From: a virus
Taxonomy: Duplodnaviria; Caudoviricetes
Virus record (IMG/VR): IMGVR_UViG_3300001598_000043
Coordinates: 15,687-79,686 of that record
Length of the DNA: 64,000 bases
Strand: one strand, 5' to 3'
The first letter of the stretch is position 1. The number at the start of each line of letters is the position of its first letter. Shown piece by piece: positions 37,133 to 44,809 of the stretch. Both the position numbers and the translations under genes were made by a program. The notes below the pieces were generated by a model. The model was not told the DNA's origin. It searched no databases and worked only from the letters and a program-made list of their open reading frames with translations.

Positions 37133-37161
37133 ATTATACTATAATATTTATTCTTTGTCAA
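37133..37161 (-). promoter_or_regulatory. sigmaA-type promoter of SNF2 gene
   Basis: TTGACA-N17-TATAAT. Confidence 0.85.
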
Positions 37162-37588
37162 ATCTCTGCCATAATTCGTATTCACTGAAAGTTAATCCTG
37201 TCTTTTCACGTACTTCATCTAATAAAGTTGGAATATTGATTTTATTATCATATCTTCGAGACATTTTATAAACTAACTTCAATGTTAAAAATACTCCGTC
37301 ACTAAAACCTTTACTTCTTGTACTATCTTCCCAAGTTTTAATGAATTCCATATTGAGAAATGGATTAAAACTCTCAACATAACTTTCATGAGATTTTTTA
37401 TTATACTCTTTTAATTTATTTCTAATATCTTCAACCGAATGTTTTCCAAGATTAGTAATCTTCTTAAAATCATCTTCATCGAGTTCAGATAATTCTTCAA
37501 CTGTACGTATTCCACCACGTATTAATGCATTATATGTTCTTGGATTTAAATCTAATTCAATAATGTGTGTTCTATCTATTCTATTCAT
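37148..37588 (-). CDS. RNA polymerase alpha-CTD domain protein
   Basis: IIELDLNPRTYNALIRGGIRTVEEL...ITNLGKHSVEDIRNKL matches the alpha-CTD pattern (IEELDLSVRSYNCLKRAGI...NLGRKSLEEV). Confidence 0.85.
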   Translation of the reverse strand: MNRIDRTHIIELDLNPRTYNALIRGGIRTVEELSELDEDDFKKITNLGKHSVEDIRNKLKEYNKKSHESYVESFNPFLNMEFIKTWEDSTRSKGFSDGVFLTLKLVYKMSRRYDNKINIPTLLDEVREKTGLTFSEYELWQRFDKE

Positions 37589-37600
37589 TCTACCACCCTC

Positions 37601-38128
37601 CTATTTAACATATTCTAAAGAACCTCTTGAACTACATACTGCACAGTAGTAGTATTTATTTCTTCCGTACATAATATCTTTTACAGTATTTGTAGTTTTA
37701 CGATACAAGTATGTATAGCCACAATATGTACATCTAAGTTTATGTTTTGGTTGCATTGATTTTCTAGTTTTATCTTTAGGACGTTCAATGCCTTTTTCTT
37801 CATATGATGTGCATCTCTTAATATTATATCCATAAACATCATTTAATAAGTTAGCTGCACTCTTCCACTCACCTGTATGACGCATACCATCTTTAATAGT
37901 ATGTAGTAATTCATGTGCTACAGTATTCTTAACTGACATATCATCTACAGAATCTTCTAATAACTGACTTGATATTGAAATATAGTACTTACCCTGTCTC
38001 TTAGAACACAATCCCCATCTATTTTTAGCTCTTGTATTAACTGTAACATCTGCGATATCTCCAAGTTCAATTCCTAAAGATTCAATATCATTTCTACATT
38101 CGTTTACAAAGTTTTTTAAGTTTTTCAT
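37601..38128 (-). CDS. SprT-like zinc metalloprotease with C-terminal zinc ribbon
   Basis: RAKNRWGLC, VAHELLH, HTGEWK, CTYC...CAVC. Confidence 0.8.
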   Translation of the reverse strand: MKNLKNFVNECRNDIESLGIELGDIADVTVNTRAKNRWGLCSKRQGKYYISISSQLLEDSVDDMSVKNTVAHELLHTIKDGMRHTGEWKSAANLLNDVYGYNIKRCTSYEEKGIERPKDKTRKSMQPKHKLRCTYCGYTYLYRKTTNTVKDIMYGRNKYYYCAVCSSRGSLEYVK

Positions 38129-38129
38129 T

Positions 38130-38495
38130 TTAATACTCCTCGTATTCGTCTATTGCCTTATCTTCAAAATCATATTCATCTAATACATAATCACATAAAT
38201 CATCTAAATTCTCTTCTACAAAAGATTGAATTTCTGATTTATCCAACTCAATTTCAGAACAGATTAAATCAACTAATGATTCTATAATCTGTTGTTTATA
38301 ATCTTCATATCCATCAACTTCAAACTCTGGGTCATCTCCTGGATACCACTGCATCATATGTGTATCGAAGTAATCATCACTACCTTTGTATACACATACG
38401 CAATGAGCATTTACTTCAAATGCAACATCACAAATTTCCTTTAAATCTGCCTTTTCAAGTATTTCATAAATCTTTTCAATAAGTTTGTTTGCCAT
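38130..38495 (-). CDS. Acidic hypothetical protein
   Basis: First gene after promoter 38530-38558. Confidence 0.6.
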   Translation of the reverse strand: MANKLIEKIYEILEKADLKEICDVAFEVNAHCVCVYKGSDDYFDTHMMQWYPGDDPEFEVDGYEDYKQQIIESLVDLICSEIELDKSEIQSFVEENLDDLCDYVLDEYDFEDKAIDEYEEY

Positions 38496-38529
38496 ATATG
38501 ATTGCCTCCTTAAACTTTAATTCATAAAC

Positions 38530-38558
38530 ATTATATCAAACTATTATTTATATGTCAA
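38530..38558 (-). promoter_or_regulatory. sigmaA-type promoter (conserved family)
   Basis: TTGACA-N17-TATAAT. Confidence 0.85.
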
Positions 38559-38564
38559 ATGCCT

Positions 38565-38594
38565 AAAAAATAAGGAGCAATCACTTGCTCCTTA
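38565..38594 (-). terminator. Intrinsic terminator ending post-lysis module
   Basis: UAAGGAGCAA-GUGA-UUGCUCCUUA plus U6. Confidence 0.8.
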
Positions 38595-38928
38595 TCATAA
38601 GTTGAGATTTTAAAATATCATATTCTTCTTGAATATCTGCACTACTTAATAATATATTTATGAATTCATTTATCTCTTTACACATAACCTTTAGAGATGT
38701 TAATACACGTTCTTGATTTACTTCTCCTCGTTGAAATTGTTGTTTAAGAATCTTGTAATTATAGTATTCGGGCAAAATGTCTTTATATTCTTTTACAACG
38801 TCATTTTCTATATTTGATACAAGATGTTCTCTAACAGTATAGAGTGAAGCTAACTTCATACATGAGTCATATGTTGTGTTCCCATCTTCTAAATCTTTTA
38901 TTGTATTTTCAATCTCATAAATATCCAT
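38581..38928 (-). CDS. Hypothetical protein (post-lysis module)
   Basis: IKDLEDGNTTYDSCMKLASLYTVREHL. Confidence 0.65.
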   Translation of the reverse strand: MDIYEIENTIKDLEDGNTTYDSCMKLASLYTVREHLVSNIENDVVKEYKDILPEYYNYKILKQQFQRGEVNQERVLTSLKVMCKEINEFINILLSSADIQEEYDILKSQLMIRSK

Positions 38929-38937
38929 AATATATTC

Positions 38938-39237
38938 CTACATAGCCAACATTTGCTTTATCCAAGCTACTTTTTCTACATACTCTTTATGTGACTTATC
39001 CCATTTCTCTTCCATCTCTACTGGTGGAGTATAGACTTTTGATAGTGTCTCTATTTCAGAGGTTATAATATCATGTATGTAGGTAGCATGTTTCAACTCG
39101 TCATTTGCCATTTCTCGATACTTGTTAGCCCATTGAGCATTTCCAACTGCCTTATATTCAAGATATGATTCTGCATAATCTTTAGCTCCACAAATCTCCT
39201 CGTCAATGTGGTCAACCAATCTTTGTATCTTTTTCAT
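38938..39237 (-). CDS. Ferritin-like (half four-helix bundle) protein
   Basis: HIDEEICGAKDY...MANDELKHA (ExxH metal-ligand pattern). Confidence 0.6.
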   Translation of the reverse strand: MKKIQRLVDHIDEEICGAKDYAESYLEYKAVGNAQWANKYREMANDELKHATYIHDIITSEIETLSKVYTPPVEMEEKWDKSHKEYVEKVAWIKQMLAM

Positions 39238-39436
39238 ACAGCACCTCCAATATCTTATTTATTTTTGCATCTTGAGAATCTAAATGTGTATGAATATCCT
39301 TTAATAACCTATCTATTTGAGTACTTAATTCATTCGACAAATCTTGTTTATCAGATTGTGTTAAGTTTTCATCGTAATTCATAACACCTATTATGAAACT
39401 CATTATGTTTAGAATATCCATAGAATCCTTATTCAT
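39212..39436 (-). CDS. Hypothetical protein (post-lysis module)
   Basis: Coupled ORF. Confidence 0.6.
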   Translation of the reverse strand: MNKDSMDILNIMSFIIGVMNYDENLTQSDKQDLSNELSTQIDRLLKDIHTHLDSQDAKINKILEVLYEKDTKIG

Positions 39437-39834
39437 TAGTCTTTCTCCACTCGTATTGTTGCATTTGTAATTGAGCCAATAACACCTGTAATCATTGCAG
39501 TGATTGTTGATTCACAACAACATTTCTGTCTAATTACACTTGGTGGCAATACTAATGTAACAGTATCTCCATCAGCTACAGTAGCACTTGCACCTGCACC
39601 AGGTATAATAGCACCATCTTTTAATAGAGTGACTGTAACAACACCAGCAGCTCCAGCTACAAATGTTACACTTGCATCTATATCAAAATATCCCTCGTTT
39701 GTAATAGATACCTCTCCACCAGACATATTAATACCACAACCGTATCTTCTAACAACCTGTCCAAAGTCGATTCTATCACCAACTACTATTACCTGTGGCG
39801 TTCTATTAACTCCATATAATAATGATTTACTCAT
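39436..39834 (-). CDS. Beta-sandwich protein resembling BclA C-terminal / C1q-TNF-like domain
   Basis: All-beta pattern GEVSITNEGYFDIDASVTF...VTLLKDGAIIPGA; CCC motif. Confidence 0.5.
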   Translation of the reverse strand: MSKSLLYGVNRTPQVIVVGDRIDFGQVVRRYGCGINMSGGEVSITNEGYFDIDASVTFVAGAAGVVTVTLLKDGAIIPGAGASATVADGDTVTLVLPPSVIRQKCCCESTITAMITGVIGSITNATIRVEKD

Positions 39835-39929
39835 ATATAAACCTCCTTAATGTAAAAAATCTGCATTCTAAGGAGCTTACGTCACTTAAAATGCAGATTT
39901 ACAACTTTATAACCTTGCCTTAAGTGACA

Positions 39930-40544
39930 TTAGATGTTTCCACATCCACAACCATTGTTGCAATTACAGAATGGTGATGTACCTGCATTGTAAGTCCAAG
40001 AATTTGGATATCTTACAACACCACAAAGTGCGTTCTGTAACTGAAGCTGATTAATCTGACCCTGGAGTGATTCAATCTTATTCTGTGAGATTGCATCCAA
40101 AATCTTCTGTGTATTTGCTGTGTCAGTTGCCTGAATAGCACAAGCATAATTAGACATATCAAATCTTACAGAGTCGATATTTCTCTGTGTTGTGCAGCAA
40201 CAGTCTGCAATTTGAGACTGGATTCCTCTACCCTCATCAACAACTCTTCCAGCTACCATTGTATTACCATCCTTAATAGAATTATTAATGGCAAATGTAG
40301 CATCAGCTATTCCGTTTCCTAATCTATCCATCTTATTGTCGAGATTCTGGAATTGCTGACCAAAGAGAATTTCTTGCTGACTAGCGGCAGTAGCATACTG
40401 ACCAAATTCACCAGTTCTGTTCCATCCACCAAGTCCACCATTTGCTAAAATGAGAAGAGCAAAAATCCAAAGAAATGAATTTCCACCCCAATTACCATCG
40501 TTGTTCAAAAGAGCAACATCACTAGCTGATAATCCTGATTCCAT
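39930..40544 (-). CDS. Gly/Asn-rich, Cys-rich hypothetical protein with hydrophobic segment
   Basis: WGGNSFLWIFALLILANGG, IADCCCTT, coiled coil, CNCNNGCGCGN tail. Confidence 0.7.
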   Translation of the reverse strand: MESGLSASDVALLNNDGNWGGNSFLWIFALLILANGGLGGWNRTGEFGQYATAASQQEILFGQQFQNLDNKMDRLGNGIADATFAINNSIKDGNTMVAGRVVDEGRGIQSQIADCCCTTQRNIDSVRFDMSNYACAIQATDTANTQKILDAISQNKIESLQGQINQLQLQNALCGVVRYPNSWTYNAGTSPFCNCNNGCGCGNI

Positions 40545-40628
40545 ATTAAGTTTTCCTCCTTTAATTATTTTAGGTTAGCAACAGATTCTTTCATCTGTCG
40601 GTATATAATAAATAGTTGGCCAACTAAT

Positions 40629-40820
40629 TTATTTAAAATTCATAGGTATTTGAGATAGTATTGAATTAGGGTCAATACCTCTTTCTCTTACTTTTTTAAA
40701 GAATAAATCTCTTGCTGACATTCCACTTTGTCTGACTTCTTGCATAATAGAATTTACGTCAGTTTCTCTTCTGCTATTCTGTGATGACTGGTTTAGTTGG
40801 TTGAACAGGTTGTTTGCCAT
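40629..40820 (-). CDS. Hypothetical protein (post-lysis module)
   Basis: Coupled ORF. Confidence 0.6.
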   Translation of the reverse strand: MANNLFNQLNQSSQNSRRETDVNSIMQEVRQSGMSARDLFFKKVRERGIDPNSILSQIPMNFK

Positions 40821-41157
40821 TATTCTTACCTCCGTTAAATCTCTTATTTAATATTTCATTTAGTTCATCTTTAGTGACAAACTGTGATGTATCTACAAGA
40901 TTTTCACTACTTTTTGGAAAATTAGTAACTTCTTCATACTTGAATGTTCTTAAATTACACATTCCTACGTTATCAGATACCTTAATATAGAATACTCCAT
41001 CATTTTCACTGTCCATTAATAACATATTACTGTTTGGCATTAACTGATATGCTTTTGCTCCTTCTACACCTTGTACCCAAGTTATTCCATTATTTGTTGG
41101 TGAATATGAATATCTTGGCTGATACATATTATTGTATGGATTCTGAAAATTATTCAT
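40774..41157 (-). CDS. Hypothetical protein (post-lysis module)
   Basis: ITWVQGVEGAKAY...LLMDSENDGVFYIKVSD. Confidence 0.7.
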   Translation of the reverse strand: MNNFQNPYNNMYQPRYSYSPTNNGITWVQGVEGAKAYQLMPNSNMLLMDSENDGVFYIKVSDNVGMCNLRTFKYEEVTNFPKSSENLVDTSQFVTKDELNEILNKRFNGGKNNGKQPVQPTKPVITE

Positions 41158-41282
41158 AACACATCTCCTTTAACAATCCCATTTCATCTAATATCATTAC
41201 TACTTGTATTATATACAGTACAGGAATTTTCTTTGTCCTATCATCCCTTAATACTATTTCTAAAGCATCATCAAATTCCATT
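41151..41282 (-). CDS. Small hypothetical protein (43 aa, below cutoff)
   Basis: MEFDDALEIVLRDDRTKKIPVLYII..., SD AAGGAG. Confidence 0.5.
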
Positions 41283-41314
41283 GGATATCTCCTTTCTGTA
41301 ATTAAATTGTACAA

Positions 41315-41350
41315 TAAAAAAGAGTAGCTAAACTTCTGTCTAACTACTCT
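41315..41350 (-). terminator. Intrinsic terminator after HTH gene
   Basis: AGAGUAGUUAG...UUAGCUACUCU plus U tract. Confidence 0.65.
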
Positions 41351-41371
41351 AAAACTTCACTAAAACTTCAC
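41350..41371. repeat. 11-bp tandem direct repeat TAAAACTTCAC x2
   Basis: 41350-41360 and 41361-41371. Confidence 0.8.
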
Positions 41372-41450
41372 TAATACAAAGATGTACACCATATACAAAT
41401 ATGTTCTTTAGGACTTATAAATCTAATATTTACCAATCAATATCTTTATA

Positions 41451-41768
41451 TTAGTGAGTGTCCATCCAAACTTCTTCTTTACTGAATTTTCTTGGTGGAA
41501 ATATTGTATCATCATTTACTTCTTGTTGGATGATATCATATTTCTTTTTAAGTTCTCTTACCATTCTGTATATGTTTGATTTTGAATATCCTAAATAATC
41601 AGCTTGGACGGATACTGGTATTTTGTGGATTCTCGAACGCATAATATAAGCTTCATCATCACTCAACATAGCCATTTCAATGAATTTATCAACTCTACTT
41701 TTTGTCCATGCTACTTGTGTTCGGCATTTACGCTTTTTAGGTTTATCATACTCATCATGCTTTTTCAT
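41451..41768 (-). CDS. HTH protein resembling sigma region 4 / LuxR-type
   Basis: LSDDEAYIMRSRIHKIPVSVQADYLGYSKSNIYRMVRELK. Confidence 0.6.
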   Translation of the reverse strand: MKKHDEYDKPKKRKCRTQVAWTKSRVDKFIEMAMLSDDEAYIMRSRIHKIPVSVQADYLGYSKSNIYRMVRELKKKYDIIQQEVNDDTIFPPRKFSKEEVWMDTH

Positions 41769-41776
41769 AAACCCTC

Positions 41777-42541
41777 CTACTCTACATAAACTTCATTACC
41801 TGAATTCACTGCACAAATCCATCCACTTGGAATTTGAATCCAAATCTGACCATTTGTTGTCTGAACTCCTTTACAAGTAATTTTGGTATTACGCTTTAAT
41901 ATTCCATCACCGTTGTTATCAGCAAATCCATTCTTCTTTGCGTTAACTGATAATTCAGAGAATTTTTTCTTATCTCCTCTTGGTGATACTCTTACAAATA
42001 AATTAACTGTAGTTGTGTAAGTTTTACCGACAGAATATGTTGGTTGTACAATTATATTCTGACTCTCTTCTTTATCATAAACCGTCAGCCCATATTTCTC
42101 GACAGTCTTACACAATGAATTTACATATGTGCTTGATGTGGCATAACCATCCTGTTTCAGCATATCAGCATACTGTCTATATGTCGTTGCATTCTTTAAA
42201 TTAGCATAACGATTTGTAGATATGAAATCATAGTACCCTTTTACTCCGTCTCTATCGTTATCATATGCCCTAAAATTATCTTTGATTGTGACTAAAGTAC
42301 CAGTTATGTATTCCTCCTTAGTCTTCATATTGACTGATTTACCTTTCCAAGAAGAGCCACATTTCATACCAAAGTGGTTATGATAATTTTTAGCAAGTGA
42401 AGATGTACCACATGCACCCTCTATAATTGCCTGAGCAATTACTGTCGAACAAACTTTATAACCTCTTGCCCTTGACTCTATTTGAATTATTGGCGCTATA
42501 TACGATATGAATGCTTTTGCTTGTGATTCTGTATATCCCAT
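41777..42541 (-). CDS. Endolysin: GH73 glucosaminidase plus C-terminal SH3-like wall-binding domain
   Basis: STVIAQAIIEG, HNHFGMK, FRAYD, QDGYATSSTY; WIQIPSGWIC. Confidence 0.88.
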   Translation of the reverse strand: MGYTESQAKAFISYIAPIIQIESRARGYKVCSTVIAQAIIEGACGTSSLAKNYHNHFGMKCGSSWKGKSVNMKTKEEYITGTLVTIKDNFRAYDNDRDGVKGYYDFISTNRYANLKNATTYRQYADMLKQDGYATSSTYVNSLCKTVEKYGLTVYDKEESQNIIVQPTYSVGKTYTTTVNLFVRVSPRGDKKKFSELSVNAKKNGFADNNGDGILKRNTKITCKGVQTTNGQIWIQIPSGWICAVNSGNEVYVE

Positions 42542-42542
42542 T

Positions 42543-42668
42543 TTATTTCCTTTCTTCAATCCATCTCATAAATGCACTTGCAACATCAAGCGCCACTGAA
42601 CTGAAAACTACTAATGTTGTACCTATTAAAATTAGTATTAAAACAATAGCTGTGATTATATCTCCCAT
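42543..42668 (-). CDS. Small single-TM protein (below cutoff)
   Basis: MGDIITAIVLILILIGTTLVVFSSVALDVASAFMRWIEERK. Confidence 0.5.
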   Translation of the reverse strand: MGDIITAIVLILILIGTTLVVFSSVALDVASAFMRWIEERK

Positions 42669-42671
42669 TTA

Positions 42672-43010
42672 TTAGTCTTCTTTCTTACATCTCTTAACAA
42701 ATGCTTCTACAATAGTATCAATGTCATCTAATGACAATGTTATCTTTACTTCATCTTCCATAAACTTAATTACTTTTGACATTACTTCTGATTTCTTTCT
42801 TTCCCACTCATCTGCTGGAATTGTCTGATTAGCCCATTCAACTGCATCTTCAATAAAGTCAATAAGTCTATTAGTTTCAATCTCTCCAATCTTTGATTCA
42901 ATATAAGGTTTAATTACTGTCTTAATAAATGGAATTACGTAGGCAGTGATTATAATACCTAATACTGACATAATACATTTCATAACCTCAATAAAAATTT
43001 CTGTTTTCAT
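42672..43010 (-). CDS. Holin (LL-H-like)
   Basis: N-terminal TM, FIEDAVEWANQ...ERKKSEV...IVEAFV; next to lysin. Confidence 0.7.
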   Translation of the reverse strand: MKTEIFIEVMKCIMSVLGIIITAYVIPFIKTVIKPYIESKIGEIETNRLIDFIEDAVEWANQTIPADEWERKKSEVMSKVIKFMEDEVKITLSLDDIDTIVEAFVKRCKKED

Positions 43011-43022
43011 TTTGAATCTCCT

Positions 43023-43280
43023 TTACATTGTAATGTTTTCTGATACGCTATGTTTATGCATATTTTCAGCTTTGGCTTTCCATATGATAAATCCTGTATG
43101 AATACTTAATTCGGCCCATATAAGAGGACATACTACAGATACAAAAGAATAATCATCAATACCTAATACACTACCAAATACTGATAATACAAGACATATA
43201 AGTGTATACATCCAAGTAAATATTAAATTGATTATATATAGTTTATCTGTAAATCCTCGTTTTTTGAAAAATCTAATCAT
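43023..43280 (-). CDS. Two-TM membrane protein (lysis-associated)
   Basis: Two hydrophobic helices, WKAKAEN motif. Confidence 0.6.
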   Translation of the reverse strand: MIRFFKKRGFTDKLYIINLIFTWMYTLICLVLSVFGSVLGIDDYSFVSVVCPLIWAELSIHTGFIIWKAKAENMHKHSVSENITM

Positions 43281-43285
43281 AATAT

Positions 43286-44314
43286 TTAATCCGTTGTTTT
43301 TGTGTATTCAATAAATACCCTCACTGTTGCTGAGCTTCTATTGTAACCAAACACAACTTCTATATTTGTTCGGCTAACATCACAAAAGTTCGTCAAAGCA
43401 ACATTGATACCAGATGATGTAAATTGCGCTCCTGGCATTGGTTGTACCATTCCACTACTAAACACTAAAAACATTTCATATCTGCAAATATTTTCAACAT
43501 TTGCAATATTATGCGGAAATGTTTGAGTTTTATAAGTTTCGGACGTTGGAGTTATCTCAATCATTTTTCTATAAATAGGCTTGCCATCAATCCATGTTCC
43601 TACAACCTGCTCTTTTGAATAATCATTTAATCCTATATATTCTAAATCGTACTTGATGCAATATAAAACCGACGTATTCGTTGGTCTTGTGGCCATATTA
43701 CCATTATATGTACTTGTTCCCCATTGACTACCTTGTATTGCTTTTCCTCTCGTTGCATTTTTATTTATTTCATCTGCGTTAGATATAAAATCTGTAATAG
43801 AAGGTTTATCATAATATATAAGATGGCCGTTCACATTAGGTGTAATATATGGAATCAATGTAGGTGCTTGATGCACACCTACAGATGAACCTTTTCCACC
43901 ATACTGATGACTGTTGGTTCCAGTACCTCTTAAAAATTCACCTCTTAAATCTGGTACAGCAAATGTTATAATTCCATCTCCACCGAAATAATTAAAACTG
44001 CCAAATTCTTTATTGATGTGGTTTGCCAATTTCACATAATCAGAAATATTATATATGCTACCATCACAGGCAAGATAATTTGCGGGCGGTGTATTCCCCA
44101 TATAAGAAATAATTGTTCCGACTGGTGCTACGTCAACTGATGAACCACTTCCACCTTTTGGTGCAAATACTTCAGTCGTGATTTCATTTATTGTAACCTC
44201 TGCTATTTTTTCACCCTCTGTTACAACTTGTTCCCAATATACATCTGAGCCGCCTGAACTCCCCCCACCATTTGAATAATCTATCCCATTTACAATAAGT
44301 GTTCCTTTATCCAT
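43286..44314 (-). CDS. Tail fibre protein with tail-collar domain
   Basis: PVGTIISYMG...YLACDGS...TFAVPDLRGEFLRG; C-terminal EQVVGTWIDGKPIYRK. Confidence 0.85.
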   Translation of the reverse strand: MDKGTLIVNGIDYSNGGGSSGGSDVYWEQVVTEGEKIAEVTINEITTEVFAPKGGSGSSVDVAPVGTIISYMGNTPPANYLACDGSIYNISDYVKLANHINKEFGSFNYFGGDGIITFAVPDLRGEFLRGTGTNSHQYGGKGSSVGVHQAPTLIPYITPNVNGHLIYYDKPSITDFISNADEINKNATRGKAIQGSQWGTSTYNGNMATRPTNTSVLYCIKYDLEYIGLNDYSKEQVVGTWIDGKPIYRKMIEITPTSETYKTQTFPHNIANVENICRYEMFLVFSSGMVQPMPGAQFTSSGINVALTNFCDVSRTNIEVVFGYNRSSATVRVFIEYTKTTD

Positions 44315-44316
44315 AG

Positions 44317-44805
44317 TTAATCACCTACCTTTGTATATTCTAAAATAATATTAGCGTTATAAACAGCTACTGCACCAATATTATATCTAAAATACATTTC
44401 TAAATTATTATTATTTGGTCTATACCATATTCCACTCAAATATCCATTATTTGTAGAATTTAAAAATTTTGCAGATATAATTTTTATATTTCCAATATTA
44501 TCGTATATATTAGTCCATTCATTTGCCGTTATAGAAATATTTTTTGTTATTTTTATAACTTTTCTGTATAAAGGTTCACCGAACCAAGTACCGATAACAC
44601 GTTCTGTATCATCATATATTTGTTTTCCTTCTCCGCCTTCTGAATAATTAGTAATCAATCTAGGAACACCGTCTGTTAATTTGGTGTAAGGTAACGCTTC
44701 GTATTCCTCCATTGTCATTTCGACAAATTCAGTTCCTCCTCCTCCGCCACCTCCGTGTTCAAATAAATATGCTAATCGTTTATCTTTTCCAACATATTGA
44801 GCCAT
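44317..44805 (-). CDS. Minor tail/fibre protein
   Basis: ERVIGTWFGEPLYRK domain paralogous to the 43286-44314 C-terminus. Confidence 0.7.
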   Translation of the reverse strand: MAQYVGKDKRLAYLFEHGGGGGGGTEFVEMTMEEYEALPYTKLTDGVPRLITNYSEGGEGKQIYDDTERVIGTWFGEPLYRKVIKITKNISITANEWTNIYDNIGNIKIISAKFLNSTNNGYLSGIWYRPNNNNLEMYFRYNIGAVAVYNANIILEYTKVGD

Positions 44806-44809
44806 AAAA

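Noticed and set aside
41160-41450. Sporulation sigma (sigmaE/sigmaK) promoters for the post-lysis module
   Set aside because: Only partial CATA-like matches, not distinguishable from AT-rich background
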